A DNA stretch of 59,464 nt, counting the filler. It is 8 parts of 8 records of this genome, joined end to end, with 100 filler letters (N's around TTAATTAATTAA, not from the genome) between each part and the next. Parts side by side here need not be neighbours in the genome. Positions count along the whole stretch, not along the records: positions 32,711 to 39,496 come from SRR31147125_41960; positions 39,597 to 44,901 come from SRR31147125_42016; 6 more parts are not named here. The stretch is one strand, 5' to 3'. Shown piece by piece: positions 32,611 through 42,068 of this stretch. The notes below the pieces were generated by a model, which had not been told where the DNA came from, made no database searches, and saw nothing but the letters and a program-made list of their open reading frames with translations. Both the position numbers and the translations under genes were made by a program. The stretch's first letter is position 1. The number at the start of each line of letters is the position of its first letter.

Positions 32611-32710
32611 NNNNNNNNNNNNNNNNNNNNNNNNNNNNNNNNNNNNNNNNNNNNTTAATTAATTAANNNNNNNNNNNNNNNNNNNNNNNNNNNNNNNNNN
32701 NNNNNNNNNN
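32611..32710. other. Artificial contig-joining linker
   Basis: 44N-TTAATTAATTAA-44N. Confidence 0.97.
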
Positions 32711-34581
32711 GGATTAAATAATTTTATAGAACTTTTAGAGCGAAACAACGAACTTATTCGGGTGAAGGAGTTTGTTGATCCGAAACTTGAGATAACAGAA
32801 ATTACCGACCGCATTTCGAAACAATCCGATGGAGGGAAAGCGGTGCTTTTTGAAAATACCGGTACCGATTTTCCGATTTTAATGAATGCTTTGGGATCTG
32901 AAAAACGTATTGCGTTGGCATTTGGCCGCAATTCAGTTTTCGAAGTTGAAAAAGAAATTGAAGCCCTGTTTGTTGATTTTATGTCGCCCAAAGACACCTT
33001 GTGGGAGAAGCTAAGTTTATTGCCTAAACTTAAAGACGTTTCGCAGTGGATGCCGAAAAAGATAAAAGGACGCGGAGTTTGCCAGGAAGTTGTAATGAGT
33101 AATCCCGACATGAGTAAATTGCCGGTTTTAACCTGCTGGCCCGCCGATGGTGGTCCATTTGTTACTTTGCCCGGCGTACATACTGTTGACCCCGAAAATA
33201 ATGCGCCGAACCTGGGAATGTACCGCATGCAGGTTTTCGAAAAAGACTTAACCGGAATGCATTGGCACCGCCATAAAACGGGTGCAAACCATTTCGAGAA
33301 ATATAAAAAATCGGGGAACAAAATGCCTGTAACAGTTGCCTTGGGTGGCGACCCGGCATATACTTACGCAGCCACTGCACCAATGCCCGAAAACGTTGAT
33401 GAATATTTACTGGCGGGTTTTCTGCGTAAAAAAGCGGTACGCCTGGTAAAATGCCGCACCAACGATTTATATGTGCCCGAAGATGCCGATTTTATTATTG
33501 AAGGCTACGTTGACCCAACAGAAGATTTTATCTGGGAAGGACCTTTTGGCGACCACACCGGTTTTTACTCGCTGGCAGATTGGTATCCTAAATTTCACGT
33601 AACATGCATTACACATAAAAAAGAGGCCATTTATCCGGCAACAATTGTTGGAGTACCGCCCATGGAAGATGCTTACATTGGACTGGCGACAGAACGTATT
33701 TTCCTTTCGCCAATCCGCATGGCAATGGTACCCGAGTTAAAAGACATGACTCTTCCGGTGGCAGGAGTTGCGCATAATTTCACCATTGCGAAAATCGAAA
33801 AAAGCTTCCCGGGACAAGCCATTAAAGTAATAAATGCTTTGTGGGGAGCCGGACAGATGATGTTTAATAAAGTGCTGATAGTAGTTGACGAAGATGTGGA
33901 TATTCACAATCACGAAGCAATTTTAAAAGCTTTTAACGAAAGGTTTAATGCCGATTACAGCCTGCATTTCTCGAAAGGACCGATGGATGTTCTCGACCAC
34001 TCATCGCAAAAATTTGCCTTTGGTTCGAAACTGGGAATTGACTTAACCATGCCTTTCCCCGAAGAAATATTTGAAACGGAGCAGACTAAGACTGAAGCTG
34101 ATTTCGATCTTGATTTACTAAAAAACATCTCAGAAATATCGGAAGCAAAAACATTAGATTCGGCTTCGGCCTTATTATTAAGCGTAAAAAAAGACGGGAC
34201 TTTTAGCAAAGCCCAACTTGAAAAGAAGCTTTCTGAATTGCCTGGAATTTCGGCTTTCAAATTCATTATACTATTTAACGATGGCGCCGACTTAAACAAC
34301 TCGTTTACTTTGCTTTGGTTACTTGGCGGCAATATGAGCCAGCCCGTGACATTACGGTTTTGGAAGCCCACGAAAATCAACTTGTTTGTATTGACGCAAG
34401 TTTTAAAACCGACGCGCACGACAATTTTAAACGCGACTGGCCAAATGTTGTTACCATGGACGATACAACAATTTCTACAATCGATAAAAAATGGAACGAA
34501 CTTGGCTTGGGTGATTTTATTGAAAGTCCGTCGTTAAAATTCAAATCACTCGTAAAAGGCGATGGAGCGGTTAGGAAGTAG
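32711..34581 (+). CDS. UbiD-family (menaquinone biosynthesis) decarboxylase; 5' end slightly truncated, 1-nt frameshift at about 34335
   Basis: NLGMYRMQ, GMHW, EGPFGDHTGFY, YPATIVGVPPMED, DVLDHSS. One added base gives GGNxEPARD...RDWPNVVTMD...ESPSLKF. The frame is open from 32711. Confidence 0.88.
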
Positions 34582-34587
34582 GCGGAG

Positions 34588-34646
34588 TTCAGTATTCAGT
34601 ACGCAGTCGGCAGTCATCAACTTCTGTGAACTGAAGACTGTAGACT
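34588..34646. repeat. Heptamer tandem repeats forming an imperfect hairpin between convergent genes
   Basis: TTCAGTA TTCAGTA CGCAGTC GGCAGTC ... ACTGAAG ACTGTAG ACT: 7-nt periodic CAGT/ACTG cores in inverted orientation. Confidence 0.55.
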
Positions 34647-34648
34647 CT

Positions 34649-35110
34649 CTATTTCCATATCAACTCCAAAATCTTCTCCAGCCACTTTGCATCAACATCA
34701 GAAAACGCTGCTTTTTGTGAACTGTCGATATCAAGTACGCCAATAATTTCGCCTTCAACATTTTTTAACGGAACTACAATTTCCGAATTCGAACGCCCGT
34801 CGCAGGCAATATGTCCCGAGAAAGCGTGAACATCTTCGATAACCAATGTTTTTTGTTGATTAAAAGCAGCCCAGCAAACGCCTTTGTCTTTGGCAAGAAT
34901 CTGGCAGGCAACCGGTCCCTGGTACGAGTTTACTGTCATTTCGCCATCTTCTATTAAGTAATACCCGGTCCAAAAAAAGTAATCCATTTTATGGTGTAGA
35001 ATCGCAATAATTGTAGCCATTCGCGCCTGTGCATTATTACTTTTTAAAACCAATTCGCTAAGCTGTTTATATATTCTTCCGTAACGGCCTTCCTTTTTAT
35101 GTTCTTCCAT
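34649..35110 (-). CDS. GAF-domain protein, free methionine-(R)-sulfoxide reductase (MsrC/YebR)-like
   Basis: WTGYY, YQGPVAC, KGVCW, HIACD, SEIVVP, GVLDIDS. Confidence 0.82.
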   Translation of the reverse strand: MEEHKKEGRYGRIYKQLSELVLKSNNAQARMATIIAILHHKMDYFFWTGYYLIEDGEMTVNSYQGPVACQILAKDKGVCWAAFNQQKTLVIEDVHAFSGHIACDGRSNSEIVVPLKNVEGEIIGVLDIDSSQKAAFSDVDAKWLEKILELIWK

Positions 35111-35183
35111 TGTAATTTTCTTTCTTTTCAAAACACGAATAAACAAAAAATCGTTAGTTTAGTTGACAGAAAAACAAAAAATC

Positions 35184-35540
35184 ATGGAAAGAATTATTAC
35201 CGATCCCGACGAACGTCAATGGGGAATGTTTACTCACCTTTCGGCATTAGCAACTTTTGTATTACCGGTTGCAGGCAATATTATCGGGCCACTTATTATC
35301 TACCTCATAAAAAAAGATGAATACGAATTTGTAAACGACCAGGGAAAAGAGGTGCTGAATTTCCAAATAACATGGTCGATTATATTCTTTATTTCCATAA
35401 TTCTGATATTTGTTGGAATCGGTATTTTAATGCTTGTTGGTTTCGGAATTGCCTGGTTGGTTTTGGTAATTGTCGCTTCAGTAGCAGCCAGTAACGGGCA
35501 GTATTATCGTTATCCTTTCACCATTAAATTCCTGCAATAG
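35184..35540 (+). CDS. DUF4870 membrane protein
   Basis: ERQWGMFTHLS, GPLIIYLIKK, DQGKEVLNFQIT, YRYPFTIKF. Confidence 0.85.
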   Translation: MERIITDPDERQWGMFTHLSALATFVLPVAGNIIGPLIIYLIKKDEYEFVNDQGKEVLNFQITWSIIFFISIILIFVGIGILMLVGFGIAWLVLVIVASVAASNGQYYRYPFTIKFLQ

Positions 35541-35542
35541 TT

Positions 35543-36010
35543 ATGGTAAAAAGAATTGACAATAACACATTGCAAGAAGTTAGTTTACAGGCTCAAAATG
35601 CTGAACGAAGACGAAAAAATTATAATTACCACCCTACATTCGATGATCCGATAAACCGAATGTTAAATGCCGTTGAACCGGGCTCGTACGTTCAGCCTCA
35701 CAAACACGAGAATCCGGACAAACGGGAAGTTTTTCTTTTGCTGAAAGGAAAAATGCTGGTGGTTTTTTTCGATGATTCAGGAAATATTACCGACCATGTA
35801 ATTCTTGATAACAAAGAAAACTTTGGCGTTGAAATTCCTCCGGGCGAATGGCACACCATAATTGCACTCGAACCGGGCACTGTAGTTTACGAAGTAAAAG
35901 ATGGCCCGTATTCAGTATCCGATGATAAAAATTTTGCAAGTTGGGCGCCAAAAGAAGGTGATGCAGGGTGTGTGGAGTATATAAAAGGAATTTTAAAGTC
36001 GTTAGAATAA
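35543..36010 (+). CDS. WbuC-family cupin fold metalloprotein
   Basis: RRRKNYNYH, NRMLNAVEPGSYVQPHKH, WHTIIAL, YEVKDGPY, FASWAP. Confidence 0.85.
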   Translation: MVKRIDNNTLQEVSLQAQNAERRRKNYNYHPTFDDPINRMLNAVEPGSYVQPHKHENPDKREVFLLLKGKMLVVFFDDSGNITDHVILDNKENFGVEIPPGEWHTIIALEPGTVVYEVKDGPYSVSDDKNFASWAPKEGDAGCVEYIKGILKSLE

Positions 36011-36016
36011 GGGCAT

Positions 36017-36319
36017 TTATTTCGTTCTACCTTCCCATACTTTAGGATTTCTGCTATTGTAAAAAACGGCAATCACTGATATTTTATGCTTGGTTACAAC
36101 AAAAAATAAGTTGTACGGAAATCGTTTTAGAACAGCTTTTCTAATACGGTGTCTCACCTTAGGGAACTGTTTAGGATTAGTCTCGATATTCTCCTGAATC
36201 TTTTCTATTTCCATTACAAATTCATCTCCCAAATTTTCTTTTTGGTAGTTATACCAAATCCTTGCGTGTTGGATATCGGCTTTGGCTGATTGTAAAAATT
36301 CTAACTTGTATGAACTCAT
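36017..36319 (-). CDS. Type II toxin, RelE/ParE family
   Basis: AKADIQHARIWY...LGDEF...NPKQFP...RKAVLKRFPYNLFF...VIAVF..SRNP; ATGA overlap with the upstream antitoxin. Confidence 0.85.
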   Translation of the reverse strand: MSSYKLEFLQSAKADIQHARIWYNYQKENLGDEFVMEIEKIQENIETNPKQFPKVRHRIRKAVLKRFPYNLFFVVTKHKISVIAVFYNSRNPKVWEGRTK

Positions 36320-36543
36320 GAGTTTAACAGGTCTTTTTTTACTTTCTCCCAACTTTCGCCTTCATCTGGATGTTTCAAAAGATATTCATATCTGGCATCT
36401 AACTCCTGAACAATATTATCCGGTAATTCTTCCTTATCTTCCGAAATACTCAAAAATGAATAATCTTCAGCTAATTCTTTCAACATGTTGATTATACTTT
36501 TTGCTTTCGGCGAGCTGCCATCTATTTTTACTGTAAAACTCAT
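36316..36543 (-). CDS. Putative antitoxin (addiction module component)
   Basis: 75 aa, with LPDNIVQELDARY...GESWEKVK, immediately upstream of the RelE/ParE gene. Confidence 0.78.
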   Translation of the reverse strand: MSFTVKIDGSSPKAKSIINMLKELAEDYSFLSISEDKEELPDNIVQELDARYEYLLKHPDEGESWEKVKKDLLNS

Positions 36544-36651
36544 CTTTCTGAAATATTAAGTTATAACAAAGATACAAAAATTGAGAGAGACACATTAATA
36601 GGAAGATCGGCATAATTTCTTACTTTTGCAGCCTCTTAAAAATTTTGAACA

Positions 36652-38013
36652 ATGGCACAAAAACCTTCGATACCAAAAGGAACCCGCGATTTTTCACCGA
36701 TTGAAATGGTGAGAAGAAACTATATTTTCAATAATATTAAAGATGTTTTTCGTTTGTACGGATTTCAGCCCATCGAAACACCGGCCATGGAAAACCTATC
36801 GACTTTAATGGGAAAATACGGTGAAGAAGGCGATAAATTATTGTTTAAAATATTGAATTCAGGAGATTTTATTTCGAAGGTTCCTCAGGAAATGCTCGAT
36901 GAAAAGAACTCGAATAAACTCACTACAAAACTTTCTGAAAAAGGTTTACGTTACGACCTTACTGTGCCTTTTGCACGCTACGTTGTGCAGCACCGTAACG
37001 ATATTGCATTTCCGTTTAAGCGCTACCAAATACAACCGGTTTGGCGTGCCGACCGACCACAAAAAGGACGTTACCGCGAGTTTTACCAGTGCGATGTTGA
37101 CGTAATTGGCAGTAACAGTTTGCTGAACGAAGTGGAGTTGGTACAGATTATAGACGATGTATTTCAGCGCCTGCAAATTAATACCGTTGTAAAAATTAAC
37201 AACCGTAAAATTTTGGCCGGAATTGCCGAAGCCATTGGCGAAGCCGACCGTATGATTGACATTACTGTTGCCATCGACAAACTCGATAAAATTGGATTGG
37301 AAAAAGTTAATGCAGAAATGGTAGCCAAAGGTATTTCGGAAACTGCCGTTGAAAAACTACAGCCAATTTTAGAGCTGGAAGGAACAACTGCCGAAAAACT
37401 TTCGCAGATTGAAAAGGTAATTGGCGAAACCGAAGTTGGAGCCAAAGGAATTGCTGAAGTGCGTACCATGTTTGCCTACCTGGAAAATATTGAGTTGAAT
37501 ACTGAAATTGAACTGGATTTAACTTTAGCCCGCGGATTAAACTACTACACCGGAGCTATTTTCGAAGTAAAATCGAAAGATGTACAGATTGGAAGCATTT
37601 GTGGTGGTGGCCGCTACGACGATCTGACCGGAATTTTTGGAATGCCTGATGTTTCGGGAGTTGGAGTTTCGTTTGGTGCCGAGCGTATTTACGATGTTTT
37701 GGTAGCCCAGGATGCTTTCCCGGCTGATTCGCTGGAAACCACAAAAGTGCTGTTTGTTAACTTTGGAGAAAAAGAAGAAGCTTATTGTTTGCCCGTTTTG
37801 GCTGAGTTGAGAAAAGCCGGTGTTAATGCCGAAATTTTCCCTGAAAGTGCTAAAATGAAAAAGCAAATGACTTATGCTAACCGTAAACAAATTCCGTTTG
37901 TTATTCTTGCCGGCGATAACGAGATTGAAGCTCAAAAATTCACCTTGAAAAATATGGCAACCGGGGAACAGCAGTTAGTAGGAACCGAAGAACTGATAAA
38001 TATCCTGAAATAA
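36652..38013 (+). CDS. hisS: Histidine--tRNA ligase
   Basis: [53 protein letters not shown]. Confidence 0.97.
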   Translation: MAQKPSIPKGTRDFSPIEMVRRNYIFNNIKDVFRLYGFQPIETPAMENLSTLMGKYGEEGDKLLFKILNSGDFISKVPQEMLDEKNSNKLTTKLSEKGLRYDLTVPFARYVVQHRNDIAFPFKRYQIQPVWRADRPQKGRYREFYQCDVDVIGSNSLLNEVELVQIIDDVFQRLQINTVVKINNRKILAGIAEAIGEADRMIDITVAIDKLDKIGLEKVNAEMVAKGISETAVEKLQPILELEGTTAEKLSQIEKVIGETEVGAKGIAEVRTMFAYLENIELNTEIELDLTLARGLNYYTGAIFEVKSKDVQIGSICGGGRYDDLTGIFGMPDVSGVGVSFGAERIYDVLVAQDAFPADSLETTKVLFVNFGEKEEAYCLPVLAELRKAGVNAEIFPESAKMKKQMTYANRKQIPFVILAGDNEIEAQKFTLKNMATGEQQLVGTEELINILK

Positions 38014-38129
38014 ACATTCAAAATATCCGATATTGCCTTAAAATTTTGAGGCAATGAAACTACATACACCAAATCGCCCCATAAAATCTCTTGGCGGAGA
38101 TGTTCGTTTTCCGTGATAGTTGTTGTGTC

Positions 38130-38195
38130 GTCATGCTAAACTCGTATCAGCATCTTTGGGGTCTAATTTAGATTCCGAAACAAGTTCGGAATGAC
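38130..38195. repeat. REP/REPIN-like element (GTCATGCT...AGCATCT ... AGATTCCGAAACAAGTTCGGAATGAC)
   Basis: Two internal hairpins bounded by GTCAT / ATGAC inverted ends; matches the pattern of a common Bacteroidota extragenic repeat. Confidence 0.6.
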
Positions 38196-38254
38196 ATTCG
38201 CAACGTATTTCTTTTTCCAATTTTTCAACTTTACATTTCCAACATTTAAAAGAT

Positions 38255-39496
38255 ATGGCACACCGTATATTTGAACTATCACCCAACAACCTTACTTACG
38301 AAATCATTCAGGACATTCTTGAAAACAACGTAAAACTGCGGCTTTCCGAAATTTCGGTTCAACTTATTCATAAAAGCAAAAAATATTTAGACAATAAACT
38401 GGAGCGCGCAGAAAAACCACTTTACGGGATTAACACTGGTTTTGGATCGCTTTGCAACATCGAAATATCGAAAGATGAACTAAGTAAATTGCAGGAAAAT
38501 CTGGTAGTTTCGCATGCCTGCAACATTGGCCCCGAAGTTCCGGGTGATGTTGTAAAACTGATGCTTTTATTAAAAGCACACGCACTTTCGAAAGGAAATT
38601 CGGCAGTTCAGTTGGTAACCGTTCAGCGCATATTGGATTTATTCAACAATAATGTGTTACCGGTAGTTTGCGAACAAGGTTCGTTGGGAGCAAGTGGAGA
38701 TTTAGCTCCGTTGGCAAAACTATTTCTACCATTACTTGGTTTGGGCGAAGTAAATTTTGAAGGTAAAAAAGTACCGGCTTCAAAAGCCATGGAGAAATTT
38801 GGATGGGAGCCCATAAAACTGGAAGCCAAAGAAGGTTTGGCGCTTTTAAACGGAACCCAGTTTATGAGTGCACATGCTGTTTACACCTTGCTAAAAACAT
38901 TCAGAGTAATTGACCAGGGCGATATGATTGGTGCCCTTTCATTGGATGCTTTCGATGGTTTACTGGAGCCGTTTTCAGAAAATATTCAGCGTATTCGGCC
39001 ACATAAAGGACAAGCCGAAACAGCAAAGAATTTCAGGAATGTACTGGCCGGAAGCGAAATGCAGGCAAAGGCAAAAGAGCACATTCAAGATCCCTACTCT
39101 TTCCGCTGCATTCCACAAGTTCACGGTGCAGTAAAAGATGCTGTGAAATATGTTGCCGAAGTTATTGAAACAGAAATCAATTCAGTAACCGATAATCCAA
39201 CCGTTTTCCCCGATGAAGATTTAATTATTTCGGGTGGTAATTTCCACGGCGAACCATTGGCTTTGTCGCTCGATTTCCTCTCAATGGCAATGAGCGAACT
39301 AGGAAGCATTTCAGAAAGAAGAACCTATCGTTTAATTGCAGGCGAACGCGGGTTACCAGAATTTTTGGTAGCCAATCCGGGATTGAATTCAGGATTTATG
39401 ATTCCGCAATATGCAGCAGCATCTATTGTTAGCCAGAACAAACAACTTTGCACACCATCGTCGGTTGATTCTATTCCATCGTCGAACGAACAGGAA
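38255..39496 (+). CDS. hutH: Histidine ammonia-lyase (3' truncated)
   Basis: YGINTGFG, MIO-forming GSLGASGDLAPL, KEGLALLNGTQ, QDPYSFRCIPQVHG, SGGNFHG. Confidence 0.95.
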
Positions 39497-39596
39497 NNNN
39501 NNNNNNNNNNNNNNNNNNNNNNNNNNNNNNNNNNNNNNNNTTAATTAATTAANNNNNNNNNNNNNNNNNNNNNNNNNNNNNNNNNNNNNNNNNNNN
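39497..39596. other. Artificial contig-joining linker
   Basis: 44N-TTAATTAATTAA-44N. Confidence 0.97.
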
Positions 39597-39780
39597 AATT
39601 CAAAGTCAATTCTTTTCTTTTCACAAATAACTTCACTGTCAATTGACAAATCAATAATTTTCTAAAACGAAAGTATTTCTAAAAAAAACACACAAGTGTA
39701 CTCTAATCTACTGACTTTGTACTCTAAATCTTACAACGCTGATTATCTGACATTTAAAATAGATAAAAATCAAATTATAT

Positions 39781-39810
39781 AAAAAGAGGCCACTTTTCAG
39801 AAGCCTCTTA
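39781..39810 (-). terminator. Rho-independent terminator
   Basis: AAGAGGC / GCCTCTT stem followed by a T-run on the minus strand. Confidence 0.5.
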
Positions 39811-40001
39811 CCTTTCCGTTAACTTGTAAGTTATAAACCTATCTTACCAATTTAAACGAACCACATTAAACTATTACCCATTTTAGGGAGAGCCCGGGTA
39901 GTTCAAATTTCTTTGTATTCACCTGCTTCTCTTTCACCCCCCTATAATGATGATGAGCATATTTTCCTTCTTTTTTGTTTTGTCGGTTATTACTGATTCT
40001 G

Positions 40002-40418
40002 TTAAAATAGCAAAAGCCTGCTTGCCATTACAGCAAAAAAAACTTGATACAATAATACGATTGTGGTATTTTCTTTCAGGTTCAGTTCTTTTATTTTATC
40101 GAGAATGCTGCCAATTGCTTTGTCGGAAGCCGAGCAATGACCATAATAGCCTTGCAATTCTTTACGTGTTTTTTCTTCCCACTCTTTTGGCACGTTGGGC
40201 GAAAGTTTCAGTTTATCTTTTGGGTACATGTCTTTGTATTCCTGTGGAGCGCTGCCATGCGGGAAGTGTGGCGTTGCAATGGAAATAAAAAGAAGAAAGG
40301 GTTGCTCGTTATTTGCGTGTTCGCTTAAATACTGATTGGCATTCTCAGCTTAAGCATAAGGCGAATATTCATTCCAGTACTTTAATTCGGGATTATCGTT
40401 CTCGTAAAAGGGCATATC
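40002..40418 (-). pseudogene. Sulfatase internal fragment (pseudogene)
   Basis: MPFYENDNPELKYW...YA*AENANQYL...EQPF, then LFISIATPHFPHGSAPQEYKDMYP...LQGYYGHCSASDKAIGSIL...ENT. In-frame TAA; catalytic N-terminus and C-terminus missing. Confidence 0.7.
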
Positions 40419-40435
40419 AATTACTTTTACCTTAT

Positions 40436-40468
40436 AAAAATGATAGGGCAGAAATATCTGCCCCATCA
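40436..40468 (-). terminator. Rho-independent terminator downstream of susD
   Basis: Minus strand TGATGGGGCAGA-TATT-TCTGCCCTATCA-TTTTT. Confidence 0.7.
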
Positions 40469-40536
40469 CCTAATCTAACTTACTAAACTAATGCTCCCAT
40501 TTCAGGGAGAAAAATCTTTTAAATATTGCTTTCTTT

Positions 40537-42057
40537 TTAATAATTTCCATTCTGTGGTAGCAGATTTGGGTTTTTATTTAACTCATTAATTGGTATTGGC
40601 AATATTAACTTATCCTCACTTATTTGAAAGGATTCCTCTGTTACCGGTAAAAAGTCAGGTGGATCTAAGGTTGGATTTGCTCTTTCTCTTACTCCGTGTG
40701 CTGCCAGAATTTCTAATGCTTTACCACTTCTAATCAAATCGAACCAACGATGGTTTTCAAAAGCAAGTTCCACTTGTCGCTCGTGCAACAAGGCGTATCG
40801 AAGTGCATCTTGATCCGATGCATCAGCCGTTGTTAAATCAGTTAAACCTGCTCTATTTCGAACTTGGTTCAATAAATCAAATGGTTCATCAGCATTGAAA
40901 CCCTGTTCGTTAATTGCCTCTGCCAACATTAACAATGCGTCGGCATACCTGTAAACCGGCCAGTTATCTGAGGTTCTCGAAAATTCAGGATCGGTATCGT
41001 GGTCGTATTTCTTCACATAATACAAAGGCGAGAGATTTCTATCAAAATAGCCAATAGAAATATCTTTTCTTAAATCGCCTTCTTCGTAAGCTTCAACCAT
41101 ATCGCGCGTCGGAATATTACGTCCGCCATCCTCTTCTGGCCCAACAACAACAACTCCACGCGAATCTAATGGAGCAAACTGATACATAAAATTACTGGCT
41201 TCACCTTCATCGCTTTCTTTAAATTGAACTTCAAAAATCGATTCTTTGTGATTTTTATTGGCAGGATTAAATACCTCGGCATAGTCTGCTAACAAATCGT
41301 ATTGTGTAACACCCACTATTTTCCGAAGCTCTGTTTCTGCCTTACCATATTCATGACGGGTCATATACACATCAGCCAAAAGCATTGTTGCAGCACCACT
41401 TGTTACCCGGCCAATATTGTCACCCGTGTAACTTGCCGGTAAAGTTAACGCAGCATCATCAGCATCGCTAATGATAACCTGATATACCTCTTCAACTGTA
41501 CTTCTGGTGATTGCAAATGCATCTTCAGCAGTAGTTACAGGTTTCAATATTAAAGGAATATCTCCCCAATACCTGACGGCAGTAAAATAAAAATAAGCTC
41601 TTAAAAACTTTAATTCTCCCTCTACCTGCGCAGCAACATCTTCGTCTATTTCTACATTTTCTAAACCTGCCAAGGCAAAATTACAATCCTTAACCGCACC
41701 ATAAATCAAATTCCATGAATCGGAAAGGGGAGTAGCTTCTGAAGTCATAACCCACTGATCAATATAACCACATTGGCGAAAACCACCTAATACACCCTGA
41801 TTCAACTGATTATCGTAGGTCGTATTATCAGAAATGCCTTCCTGTAAAATATGAGCTTGCAATGCAAATTGTTGCAATTTACCATAAACGCCAATTACGG
41901 CTTGTTCAAAATCACTTTCGGTTTTATAGAAGTCACCTTCCGTAAGGTAATAATTGGGTGTTACCTCCAAAAAATCTTCCTGGCATGAAATTGTAAAGAA
42001 TAGTGAAAGAACAACAAATGCTCTCCATACTTTTGATATATAATTGTACTTCTTCAT
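40537..42057 (-). CDS. RagB/SusD family outer-membrane nutrient-binding lipoprotein
   Basis: Lipobox ISC, GELKFLRAYFYF..VRYWGDIP, RYADALLMLAEA, ERQVELAFENHRWFDLIR, QNGNY end. Confidence 0.95.
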   Translation of the reverse strand: MKKYNYISKVWRAFVVLSLFFTISCQEDFLEVTPNYYLTEGDFYKTESDFEQAVIGVYGKLQQFALQAHILQEGISDNTTYDNQLNQGVLGGFRQCGYIDQWVMTSEATPLSDSWNLIYGAVKDCNFALAGLENVEIDEDVAAQVEGELKFLRAYFYFTAVRYWGDIPLILKPVTTAEDAFAITRSTVEEVYQVIISDADDAALTLPASYTGDNIGRVTSGAATMLLADVYMTRHEYGKAETELRKIVGVTQYDLLADYAEVFNPANKNHKESIFEVQFKESDEGEASNFMYQFAPLDSRGVVVVGPEEDGGRNIPTRDMVEAYEEGDLRKDISIGYFDRNLSPLYYVKKYDHDTDPEFSRTSDNWPVYRYADALLMLAEAINEQGFNADEPFDLLNQVRNRAGLTDLTTADASDQDALRYALLHERQVELAFENHRWFDLIRSGKALEILAAHGVRERANPTLDPPDFLPVTEESFQISEDKLILPIPINELNKNPNLLPQNGNY

Positions 42058-42068
42058 TTCTTTAAAAT

